A stretch of 64,000 nucleotides of DNA, from positions 744,001 through 808,000 of the forward strand of contig OY253677.1 in the NCBI GenBank assembly GCA_958009085.1. The letters are read 5' to 3'. Both the position numbers and the translations under genes were made by a program. A model generated the notes under the pieces. It did not search any database. It was not told the origin of the DNA and worked only from the letters and a program-made list of their open reading frames with translations. This DNA comes from Protoeuglena noctilucae (Eukaryota). Below, in pieces: positions 13,306 to 27,300 of this stretch; the first letter of the stretch is position 1; each line of letters begins with the position of its first letter.

Positions 13306-14107
13306 TCACTGGCAATCACGCGACAGCAGGAGCCATGGCACGCCGTCAGGATCCCTGGGGACTCTCGACACGACCTGAAACTCACAAGCCAAGTAGAAAC
13401 CGACCGAAGACGAGCCCCTGCGGCGGCGCAGGGCGTCAAGGGTTCGAATCCCGCACATGTCCCTAGGAAGGCTGGCAAGGACCGAAGCACGCACAGCACG
13501 CTCACTCCTTTGCGTTTGTTAGGATGCGCTCGCACCCCCATTCGCTCGCCGTCTTGTCCGCAAATGCGAGGAGGGCCCTGCCGGCGCCTTGACCCCGGGC
13601 CTCGCGCAGCACGCAGAGGTTGGCGAGGTACAGGGCATGGCCAGGACCACGCAGCCCCTCGTTTGCGACGCCGAGCATGTCGACCGTCCCCACCACGGCG
13701 ATGTCATCGTCGAAGAGACACTGTTCTGGCACCGGTGCGTCCAGGACGCCGGCCGGCATCGCCACCACCGACGTCGCCCCTGCGGACATCACGACGAGCG
13801 GAATGCTCGCCCGCGGTGGGTGCCGTCTGACGCCCGCGCTCGCTGCGGGGTCCGACTCACGTGGGCCGTGTCCTCCTATCCAATCCGTCCTCGGCGGGCG
13901 CATCCACGTCTTCAAGGCTTGCAGCTCGTGCGCCACGTCGACGACCTCGTCGCCGTCAAAGCCAAAGCGCCGGCACCACACGGCCGCGGACAGCTCTCTG
14001 TCCGAGCATGCGAGGAACACCCTGGCGTCGGCGCTGGCGGTGGCGGAGGCCCGGAGCTGGGCGCCACGTACGGGCCTCGCCACGCAGGCGCCCCGGCAGG
14101 CGCGCAT
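13306..14107 (-). CDS. GNAT-family acetyltransferase, probably organellar
   Basis: VVGTVD, LYLANLCVLREARGQGAGRALLAFA (acetyl-CoA motif A), last exon VGFYLACEF. Confidence 0.75.
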
Positions 14108-14404
14108 GGGCACCCGAGGTGCCCAGGGCGGAGTGCTATGACCGCATGGGGCACCGAATTTGATGGCGGTGACCTCGCGAAGTCTTCAATTGATTGCTGG
14201 CTGCAGGTAAGACGCGCTGTCTGGCGTTGCGGCCTGGGCTCCATCATGCGCGCCCCAGACGCAGGTGCCCATCAACAGACAGCGTGTCTTGGTCGACCTG
14301 TCGTCGTGGGTGTGCAGAACATTGTGGGTACGCAGTCATTCGGCCGGGAGTCCACTGCGTAGCGTGGCTGACGCGCTTCACGTCTCGCGCGGGAGGGAGG
14401 GGGT

Positions 14405-15368
14405 ATGGGGAGTCTGGCGCGCTTCGGCCCCGGTACGACGGCCCGCTGCCCGGTCGTCGGCGGCGCCGTGCGCGGGGGACTGGGACACGTGGGCAAGGTG
14501 CGTGACGTTTTGGTCGAAAGGAATGAGATCCTCGCACATGTGGGGTTCAGCTGATTCACTCACGCGTACTGTGTGCCCCGGAAAGCCGCGTCCGGGGCTG
14601 CGCAGTCACTCTCGTGACGGGAACGCTCGCGTCACCCGGTAGCCGTCCCTCGCCGCGCCCGCAGTCGACCTCGGAGACCGTGCAGGGGCAGCGCACCTCG
14701 GCGGAAAGGGAACGCGGCGCTATGCAGGTGTGCTGCTCGACCCAGCGGTCGCGCGGCGTCACGAAGAAGCGCACCTCGGGACCACCGGGGCAGCCGCCCA
14801 ACATCCCGCGGGTGAGCCCCTGCGCAGTTGTTTTCGACCGCAAATGGTGGCGTATACTTTGTAGCATACGCCGGCGCGAAGTCCTTCGTCGTTGTCCGGC
14901 GAGGACGAGGCTAGAGCCCGTGAGCCTTCATCGCCGCAGGACGGGGGTGGCGGGGGCGGGGGGGGGGGCTGGGATCCCGATAAGGTGTTCCGGAACCTCG
15001 TGGCGAACGGCGTGTTCTTCCTGACGCTGTTCATCGTCACAAGCTTCGGGGATGGGGGAGGGTTTGGGTGAGTGCATGGCGGCACGCTGGTTCTACTGTG
15101 GGCGTCTCTCAGCTCATTTCTCGATTCCGTGTATGCTGTTATGAATAGGGTGTTAACTTACGTAACTTGGTCGTCTCGTAGGGGTGGATCAAGCGGCGGC
15201 GGCGGCGGCGGTGGCGGCGGCGGTGGCGGTGGGGGGTGGCAACACCGCTGGGCGGCCCATGCGCCAGGGCAGGATGAGCAGTATCGCAAGACCAAGGATG
15301 GTTCGATGCAGATGACGGTGCGGGCATCGAAGGGTGCCGGGGAGGCGGGGCGCGTCGGGCACTTTTAA
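14405..15368 (+). CDS. Hypothetical Gly-rich single-TM protein (spliced)
   Basis: Exon-like blocks with GT-AG borders giving ...SGPPGQPPNIPR / GGGGWDPDKVFRNLVANGVFFLTLFIVTSFG / poly-G. No family recognised. Confidence 0.4.
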
Positions 15369-15568
15369 AGATGCGGACTTTATGTATAAGCAAGTTTGAT
15401 GTCGTGCACTGACTAGCGTCAGCCATGTAGGTCCGCTGGCAGCCTTGTCCATGCTTCAAGACTCGCCTGCGTCCCCGCTCATGCAAGGCATGCCCAGATG
15501 GCGTCGATACTTCCAGATTTGCCATGCCGAATACACCTCCATGCATGCGACCAACATAGTGGCCCTCA

Positions 15569-16765
15569 TCAACAGCCGATCTGAGATCCCAGCCTTCACC
15601 CTGACACGGTGCACCCGCTGTGCCTGAGGGTGCTGATGTTGTCGCAGCAGCAGAGGCCGTACTCCTTGCAGTCACGAATGACAACGCCATGCACCTCCGC
15701 ATGCCCGCCTTTTTGACACGACACCCCGTCCAAGTCCTTAGACCCCGTAATGCACCCCCCCCGCACAATCGCCTTACTCCCTTGCCTGCTGCTAAGCACG
15801 CCACACAGCTTGCAGTCGGCGATTGCCACCTCCCGCATCTCCGCACGCCCACCCTGGAAGCACTGCAACCCGGAGCCCCTCTTGGACCCCACTATGCGCC
15901 CTCCCTTCACAATCATGCTGCTGCCCTGACCCTGGCTGGTCAGACAGCTGAGCTTGCAGTCAGCAACCTCCACGCCCTGCAGCTCCACCTGCCCACCATC
16001 CACGCAACAAACCCCGTGACCCTCTTTGGACCCCGTGATGCACCCACCCTGCATCATCAGCTCGCTTCCACGACCCAAACAAGTCACACCCTAGCGAGAT
16101 GCGTCCATCACATGCGCGTCCACCAGCGTCACACGCCCGCCCTCCTCGCATCTCACCCCCGTCCCCACCACCCGCACGCCCTCCAGACGCAGCTCCACGC
16201 TCCTCTTTGCCGCCAAAGCGCACCCCATTCCCAACCCAGCATTCGCTCTTGACACCCGCAGCGTCCCTTTGCGGATCGTCGCCACCCTTCTGGCACCTTT
16301 CACCACCAATTCCCCTGTCAGTTCCACCTCTTGACCCCCAAGGTCCACCACACCCCCCCTCCTCACTGTCTCAGCTACCTCTTCCTCGGTCCACACCCTC
16401 ACTGCCACTCCCGCGCCCGACGCCCCCGCCGACCTGACCGGCCTTGCCCGCCCCATAAGTGCCGGCCAAACCGTCCTCATCGCCGCCCTCTCCGCCGCCC
16501 GCACCCTCGCCTCCACCACCGCCCACTCCAGCCGTGCGCCCCCCACCCCCGCCGTCCCCGCCACCGCCTCCCACGCCGCCCTGCGCCGCACCTCGCTCGG
16601 CTGCCCCAGCACGTGCACCAGCGCCGCCCACCACTCCTCCGTCCCCTCCTCCGCCCGCTCCTCCGCCCCACCCTCGCGTTCGTGCCCCGCGATCACCCGC
16701 TCCCTGTCCCGGTTCCCCGCGCTCCTCGCCCCCGCGCCGGCGCCGGCACGCCTCGCCCTGCCCAT
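15569..16765 (-). pseudogene. Right-handed beta-helix repeat gene, copy 1 (kinase-less), disrupted by two in-frame stops
   Basis: Colinear with copy 2 (47921-49099). In-frame TAG at 16091-16093 and a TGA at 15596-15598 (TGT in copy 2) nine codons before the homologous stop. Confidence 0.78.
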
Positions 16766-17455
16766 CGGTCACTGCAGACACACCAGCAGCGCCCAGGGTC
16801 GCCGGCCGGGGCTGCAGCGAGGTCGAGTGATAGCCGCAACATCGTACGAGTCACAGCACACGATCGCGGGACCCCCAATCGCCACCACCGCGGCGCCGGA
16901 CCAGCCAATGCCCACTGCCCTGCAGTACACAGCTTGCCTAGCCCGCTGGGCCTGCATCCGAGGCCAGGCTCGCATGCAAATCCTACCATGCCCTCGCACA
17001 CGTCGCGCTAAACTCGCTGCGCTCAACCATCCCCATCCGCGCGCAAACTGCGGGTCCCACTCTCTCGCAACGCACCGCCCCTCCCGGACGGCGCGCGGGC
17101 CATTCCCGCTGCCGCGCGAGCCTCCGAGGCCGACCGTCGCGACACACCGCATCGACTACTCCCTCACCGCTCGCCTTCCGATGCCGCTGCCGTCGAAGGC
17201 TGCTGCTGCCTCGTTGCTGCCTCGTGGCGCGATGCGCGGTCTCCGGCCCGATGCGACGCGATCTGGCCCGCGATGCCGATGTTCATGCGGCTCCCGGAGG
17301 TGAGGATAAGCCCGAGAGATCACCTGCAGCGCCCGTCAGCCTGACTGGCGACGCCAGGAGCGGGGCCAAGTGTGTCAGGCATCTTCTGCTCACACGCTCA
17401 AGCTCCGCAGCGGGGTGCGATGGCCTGGATGCGAGCCAAACAATCTGCGGAAGTC
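16766..17455. repeat. About 0.7-kb upstream segment duplicated at 49100-49795
   Basis: Long near-identical stretches, e.g. GTGAGGATAAGCCCGAGAGATCACCTGCAGCGCCCGTCAGCCTGACTGGCGACGCCAGGAGC in both places. Confidence 0.9.
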
Positions 17456-17692
17456 ATCTGTAACGCAGCACCGCCCGCCCTTGCCAGGTTTGCAACGCAG
17501 CCATAGCACGTCGCCACGTGCGGAGGGCGGTGTGGGTCGACGTCCACGTCACACGTCCACACTCACAGCCTTGTCACTTCTTCAAGGCGGCGGCAGTCTC
17601 GCGCGTGTATGCTACGGGCCGCAAGGCCCAGCACGCGAGGGTCAAGGTCGGGGTCACACGCCCCCCTCCGTTCCCCGCCTACTGTCACTCGC

Positions 17693-19896
<2,204 letters not shown>

Positions 19897-20287
19897 GTTG
19901 GCACTGCGACGGCGGCGAGGCGTGGGGCCGGGTGGGCGGCGTGGGGAGGCGCGGCGACGCCCCCGACCAGATCCCGAGCCTAGGAGCCGCCCCGCGGGCG
20001 ATTGGAGGTCTCCCGCGATGTATCTAACGCAAACATGCTCGCCGGCTGCCCCAAAGGCGCGGGGGGGTGCGCCTGGGAGAAACCGAGGGCGCCGGCTGGT
20101 AGTTGGGCCCAACGAGCCACTCACCGGGGGGGCTTGACGGTCGATGTGGGTCGGCGTCGACAAGGGCTGTTTTTAGCACCACGTGGCAGCGGCGGGACGG
20201 ATGAGCCGGGCGGCGAGCGCGAAAAACGGGTGCCAGGCCCTCCCGGTGCCGGCGACACGCAGCATCCGCAATCTTCAAATCACGCGA

Positions 20288-23200
20288 CTATGCGATGCCC
20301 AGTCCCGCAGCCACCTCCCGCGTGATCTGCTGGCATGCCGCGGCGGGGCTGGGCGTGTCGAAGATGCCGCTGACGACCGCCACGCCGACCGCCCCCGCCT
20401 TCATGCACGGCTCGATGTTCCCCGGCTTGATGCCGCCGATGGCCACGACCGGCAGCGGCGACATCGCGCAGATCTTCTCGAGCCGGGCGAGCCCCAGGTC
20501 GACGTAATCCTTCTTGGTGGTCGTAGGGTACACCGCCCCGGCCCCGATGTAGTCCGCGCCCGCGTCGAACGCCGCCTGCACCTGGTCGGGAGTCTTCGTG
20601 GACACGCCGAGGATGCGGTCGGGTCCGATGATGCGCCGGACGTCCTCTGCGGGGATGTCGGACTGCCCAACGTGCACGCCGTCCGCTCCCACCGCCAGGC
20701 ACACATCCACGCGATCGTTGATGACCAGAGGCACGCCGTACTGCCGACAGAGCGCCAGGGCCTCCCGCGCCGTCGCCACGAACGCCCCCGCGTCCGTCTC
20801 CTTCTCCCGCAACTGCACGATCGTGGCCCCTCCCTCGATAGCCTGCCGCACGGCCTCCAGCATCGTCCGCCCCTGCCGCGCGTTGCAGTCGGGGTCCGTC
20901 ACGGCGTACACGCGGAGGTAGTTCGGGCCGCGCTTCAGGTCCCGCACCCACTCCCACCACCTGCGGGCGTGCACCAGGGTGGCAGTGCTGTCGCTCCCCC
21001 ATACCTGCCATCACCCATGCCAGGCCCCAGCCGTGGGTCTGCCCCATTCCAAGATATCATGTAACGACTACACGCGCCCTGCCACCAGCTTGGCAGGCAT
21101 CGTCATCCATGCCAAAGAAGAGAGACCCCAATGCACGCAGCCACTCCGCATCGCCCATCGCGCGCCGCGCTCACCTCCCCTCGGCCCAGCAGTGCGTCGC
21201 GTACGCGTGGTTCATGGGACGTTGACTGCCCGACCCGATCGCCAGCCCCACGGATGACCGAATGGCGCCCTGCACATACTTGCGCGCCAGCTGCACCGCC
21301 GTGCGTTTGCCGCACTCCATCGACAGGTGGGCCGCCACGGCGCTCGCCAACGTGCACCCCGTCCCGTGCGTGTTTGTCGCTTGGATCCACGGCCCGCGCA
21401 TCGCCACGGGACGCTCGCCGTCAAAGAGCACATCGACAGCCTCTTCGGGGTCCACCCCGCTCTTGTTGAGGTGACCGCCCTTAATGACCACGCACTTGGC
21501 ACCCATGGCGTGGATGTCACGCGCGGCGGCGATCATGTCCTCCTCCGTTGTGATCTGCCGGCCGTCCCCGAGGATCGTCTCTGCTTCGGGGATGTTGGGC
21601 GTCACGACTTCGGCTATGGGGAACAGGCGCTTCACGATCGCGTCCACCACGCCCGCCGTCGCCAGGGGTTCGCCGCTGCGGTTGCGATAAGGCGTATGGG
21701 GGTCAGGGATAAGCATTAGTGCTACTGCTGGAAGAGGCAACGGTTAATAGTACTATCGACCATCCGTCAATACTACCAAGTCTGGCTAACCAGCAGCAAC
21801 CCTGACCCCTCGACTCGCCTGATAGGCAAGAGAAATGCAGCTAGGTCACAGACACGCAGATAGATAGATAGACACACGCAGTTGGCCCCCCACATGTCAT
21901 CGTCAACTCGCCTGGTGGCGACGAGTACTGGGTCCACCACCAGCCTCGGTGCGTTAGGCCCCAGTCCCTCCAACGCATCCGCCACCGCCTCCACAATGTC
22001 CCTGCTGGCCAGCATGCCCGTCTTGACGCACCCAGCGCCGATGTCGTCCAAACACGACGCCATCTGCATGCGCACGAACGTTGCGTCCAGGGGGCACACG
22101 CCCTGCACGCCCTGGGTGTTCTGCGGGTGCCAGGGACGCAGGGAGAGTCAAGATAACATGCCTTTCTTGTATAGGTACCATACCATCCAATCGCACCCCA
22201 CCCCGATCCCTCGATGCAGTCACACCCCGTCGCACCCCACCCCACCCCCATCAAATCCGTCGCGGCCCTGACCACCACCCTCCCCACCTGCGCCGTCGCG
22301 GCCGTGAGAGCCGTCATCGAGAAGACCCCCAATGCTTCACATGTCTTGATGTCAGCCTGGATGCCCGCACCGCCCCCCGAGTCCGATCCAGCAATGATCA
22401 GCACCCGAGGGACGTCAGACGGGGTCGGTCGGAAGGGCGTCGGCGGACCGGTCTGGCCCTTGGCCTGGATAGACGCGGCACGCGCCCCGGCAAACACCCG
22501 AGGCGCCCCGTGCCCCCCGCCGCCCCCGCCCGCACCCCATCCCAAGCTCTCCAGGACATCCTCCCATGACGCTGCCGTGAAGACCGTTTTCGCGTCTGCC
22601 GCCTCAGCGTCCGCACCGGCGCCGGAGCGGACAGCGGGTGGCAGCGGCGCGACGTCCGCCCCCGCCGCCGCCGCCAGCCCCTGCACCTTGGGACTGCCCC
22701 CCATCAAAACGGCCTTCTGGCACGCCAGCATCGCCAGAAGGTCCGTGGCGGAGTCGCCGACGAAGGCGGCCGACGCGAGGCGGGGCCCCAGGGCGGCCTG
22801 GACTGCCCGGCGTTTGTCGACGGCCGAGTTGTATCGTAGCTCGATGCGACCAGTCGCGGTGCCGTCGGGCGCAAACTCGAGCTCATTGGCGTAGACGGCG
22901 ACCGCGTGCGGGTCGAGCGTCGGGGTGTCGACGGGCGCGGCGGGGATGCCCTGCGCCTGCAGCACCGCACAGACCAGCGTGGCAGAGAAGTTGATTGACA
23001 CTGCGTGGGGGGGAGAGACACGAGGATTGAGACTTGAGCAGAGTGCTGTTGACGAGCATTGTAAGAGAAGATGGAAAGGTGTTTACAAGGGCCAGTCAGC
23101 GCTGCTGTGTGCGCAGCTGTGACGGGGCAGAGAGGCGCACCTACGGCGACGGTGCAGCCGCTGTCGAGCAGGGCGCGGAGGGCGCGCGCCGCGCCGGGCC

Positions 23201-24012
23201 GGAGCGCAACGGCGTCGGGGGCGCGCTGCTGCAGGAAGGTGCGGGTGATGCCCGCCAGGACCCCGCTGTCAGAAACGGCCCGGGCCATCCGTGCGTCGAA
23301 CGCGCCATGGCGCTCATACCAGTCCTCCACCGCGTCCCGGCCGTCCCCGGCGCGAGGCGCGGGGTTCGCTTCCGCGAACGCGCGATACTCCTCCGCGAAA
23401 CGCGACGCCACCTGGGACCAGAGGGCCTCCTGCCGGGCACGGGCCTCGGTCCCGGCACGCTTCTCCAGGCACTCGGCTGCGGGCAGGGGACGCGGTCGCT
23501 CGGCCCACCGCTGCGGGGTCTATTTGTGGCTATCTTCGACAGCGCGATGCGCGCGGAAGGAGGCCCATCGCACCTGTGAGGCGCGCTAACACGTCCGTGG
23601 TGTCGCCCGCCGTAACCGTGTCGTCGAAATCCACAACGAACGCGTCCGTGCCGGCCCACGCGAGACCCAGCAGGTGCTGCGCTCCAAACGCAGTGAAGGA
23701 CTCGGATATCGTCGGCATCGGGGGCCTCCGGTCGACAAACTCGGCCGGGAGACCGCAGCTGGGGGCCCCACGCACGCTAGAGGCGAATCCCGACCGCAGT
23801 CGGCCGCGGACAAGCGCTTCTGCTGATAACGCGACACGGTATGGGCTTTTACGCGCCGCAGACGCTGGGAGGGCGCGGACAGCGCGCGCGATGGCCGGCT
23901 GTGCAGTTCCCCCGCGACCCTCACCCAGGCGACCCCGCAGCCACCGCGCTTGCGCCGGACGGCAAGATCCGAATACGGAGCTCAGATCAGAGCACAGGTG
24001 TCGGCCCATCAT
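20288..24012 (-). CDS. TH1: Fusion of TH2-like HAD phosphatase, HMP-P kinase (ThiD) and thiamine-phosphate synthase (ThiE); start at 24012 or 23718
   Basis: [37 protein letters not shown]. Thi[46 protein letters not shown]. Thi[36 protein letters not shown]. Confidence 0.9.
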
Positions 24013-24311
24013 CGATCCCGCGAGGGTCTGCTCTGTCGCACAGACCCAGCGTGCCACGGGAAGCGCGGGAAGAGCGATCCAGCCGTCCCCACGCGCAGGG
24101 CGACATGACGCTGGCGAAGGATGCGTTGGAGCCCGTGAACAGGGATCAAGCGTTAGTCAGCCCGGTGACACTGCTGGAACGCTTTAGCCACGCCCCTCTC
24201 CAACGGCACCCCCTCCCACCGCGAGCTAAGAAAGTAGCGGCCTCTGTCTCCAGCTGCTCGGCGGGGTGGCTCGCAAACGCCTATGGCGGGCCTGGCCGAC
24301 CATCGGGCGGG

Positions 24312-27300
24312 ATGTGGGAGAAGGCGTGGTCTTCGTGGATTTTATGGGCGGTGGTCGCCCTCGCAGTCCTACTTGCGTGGTGAGTGAACTGACGGGGAGA
24401 GCGTGGAGCGTTTTCGCTCGCTGGCGCGGCTCCGCTGCTGCTCGCTTCTGTTGCGCCCCCCCGCTTTGATTTCGGGTCCTCGCGGCGCTGCCGGCCACCT
24501 TGCCGGCATGTTTACGGATTTGATATCGTGTTCGTGCCTCCGTAACGAGGAGATGTAAGCTGTTACGACCCGGAGAGGTCTAGCAAGTGCGGGACTCCTC
24601 TACGCCGAAGAATCCGCCGGGAACTCGACATTGACCAGCACTGCTTTGTGCTCGGATGTTATGTTTTTCTCCTTCGACACGCCGCGCGTGTCCTGGCCCG
24701 CTCTGGCCGCGTCCCCGCTGTCGTACGACGCGCGAAGACCCGCATGCAACTTATGTCCGCTCCGGATGACGTCCTTCCGGGCGCGCCTTGGGCTGGATCA
24801 CGGCACCTGACCTCGAACGTCCCATCGCCGACGCAGGGCGACCGGGCCGTTGGACGCCCTGGCCCAGGCAGCGCTGTGCCGGGCCCTGGCCTTCGCCAAC
24901 GTCCGTGTCCGGCGTTGCCGCGTGCGCATACTTCGCGGAACGATAGTATTACAGGCGAGGGAGGCTCGCTGGCGGCTCACGGCTGCGAAGGGCGTCGCCG
25001 GGGAGGCGGACGCCTGCGTGCAATGCAAGGCAAGCGGGCCATCTCGGAACGCCGCCCGCCGCGCCCCTCGCAGTGTCTGGAGGTCGATCCGCTCTGGCTC
25101 GATGGTCTGGACTTGCCGGTCCTCACGCGCGAGCTCTGCGTGGATGAGGTGAACCTCAGCGTCGTCCCCGGCCTCGCGGGCGGCCCCCTCCCGCTCGCCG
25201 TGCGCGTGCGCGTCAGCGGGGCGCGGTGGCTCTGCGTCACGCGCAAATTCCCCACCGCGCGCGGCATGGCCGGCAGGGAGCGGCTGGACAGGGAGCTGCA
25301 CACGTCCATCCGGTGCGCGCCCCAGCACAAAGCGCAGCCGCCGCGATCGCGTCGCCGCCCTCGCGCGCCGCGCGTCTGCGATGATAATTGAATACTCATG
25401 ATTTCGATTCCCGCGATCGGATCGCCGCAGGAGTCGGAAGCTCGTCGACACGGAGGCGCTGCTATGGGACGAGCACTGGCGCGAGCGGTCGCCTCTGCGC
25501 AAGCTCCTGCGCTTCCTAATGCGCCAGTCGACGTACTACGCGCTCAGCGCTGTGGGGATCGAGATCGCGGACGTGGCCGTGGGCGTGCGGCTGGCCAGCG
25601 AGGGCGGGGAGGGGGCTGCGTTGGGTCACGACGATGGGGCGATGCGGGAGGCGGCGAGCGTTGGGGCCGCGGACGATATCTGGTGAGCGAATGTCGCGAA
25701 GTAGACTGATAGCGATACTCCTAAAGTAAGACGGACTCGCTAACACGCTTACACGCTGGGCAGGCCTTGGTAGTGCTGAGCGTGGTTGTTGCTCCTGTAG
25801 TGGATCGGTCCACCCACTCGCTTGTCTCTCATCGGCGCTCCGCGTGCCTCCGCCTTCGCAGGGGCAGCGCGATCCTGGTGCAGATGGGCGCGCTGAGCGT
25901 GTCCCGATCCCGCGGCAGCGCCCACGGCGTCCTGTCCCTATCGGTGGTGCTGAAGAACTTCGGTATTTCCGCGTTTTGCCCCTTCAGCTGGTCTCCGAGG
26001 GTCACGCAGCGGCCCAGCACACGCCGCCCATCATGGCAAGGCATCGGGACCGGGGCACACGGAAGCCCTGCGTCCGTCGTGCCCGTGCCTCTGGCAGACC
26101 CGACGCTGCCAGTCTTGCTGCCAGTGTTGCGGGGCGTGCGCGACAGCGCGGCCGAGGGCACGCCGGCGGGGCTGCTGCCGGGCGCGGGGAGGGCAATGGG
26201 GGTGGCGCAGCTGGGGGGGTATACCCACGACGTGATGAGGGGGGCGGGGGTGGACGACGGGGGTGGTATGGGGGTAGCCAAGGGGCGGGAGTGGGGTAGT
26301 GGGAGTCGCGGGGTGACGGGGGAGATGGGTGCGACGGGGGTGGGGGTGCGGAGTGGGGGGAGGGAGCGTGTGGGGGCGCGGGGTGCGGGGGCGTGGGTTG
26401 GGTGGGAGGAGTGCGTGGCGAGGGTGAGTGGCGGTGGTGGTGATGGTGGTGTTGATTGTTGAGTTTGTGGTGGGGCAGAGTGTCGATGGGATGATGCTGA
26501 TTGTCTTGCTACCTTTTGTAACACCCTCAATATGATACGTCACATCATTGCTTGATTAACATTACCTTTCCCCTCTTCCCTCTCACCCCTTAGTGGTCAT
26601 CGGGGTCGACCGTCGTCCCCCTCTTAAAGCGGTGGGGCGCCAAGGCTGAGCTGGAGTGGGGGGTGGCGAGCGCGTCGCACGACAAAGCACGGCCCCTCTA
26701 CCGGGCCACCATTGAACCCCACGCCGTGCTGCTGACGGGTGAGGGAGGGAGTGGGGGTGTGGGTGTGGGTGTGGGTGCCGGGGGGGGGTGGGTGTGGGGG
26801 CGTGGGTGCAGGTAGCAGTGGGGGTGTGTGTCAATCTCTTTACCACATTTCCATGTCAATCATCGCTAACAATCAATAGACCACTCTTGAACCCCTCACT
26901 CGCCCTCACTCACCCTCACCTTAACCCCCCACCCCCCCCGCAGTCAACCAGTCCTCCGCCCGCGTCTCCCTGGCCCTCGCCGGCGCCATTTTGGAATATT
27001 TCAAATACCAGAGATACCGGCAGGTCCGCCCGCAGCTCCCCGTGACCCGCGCCCCGCAGCAGTGGTGGGCGCACGCGATATGGTGCACGCGGCGGGAGCG
27101 CCACGTGGCGACGCTGCACTTCCGCGCGCCCACGGGCGGCCCGGGCGGGCCGGGGCGAGGTTCAAACAACGTAGATTCAAACATGGGGCAGCCGCAAGAC
27201 GGCGCGGGGAGCGAGGCGAGCCTGGGGGCGGTGACGGCGCTGGTGCGGCGGCGGCGGGAGTACAGGGCCGTTTACTTGCGCGTGAAACGGCTGGCGGCGT

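Noticed and set aside
15596..15598. TGA at a Cys position in beta-helix copy 1 as selenocysteine
   Set aside because: The same copy already has an upstream TAG and no SECIS was seen downstream.
20288..24312. Second TPP riboswitch in or upstream of the HAD-TH1 gene
   Set aside because: No CTGAGA plus CCTGAT core found by eye. A covariance-model search would settle it.
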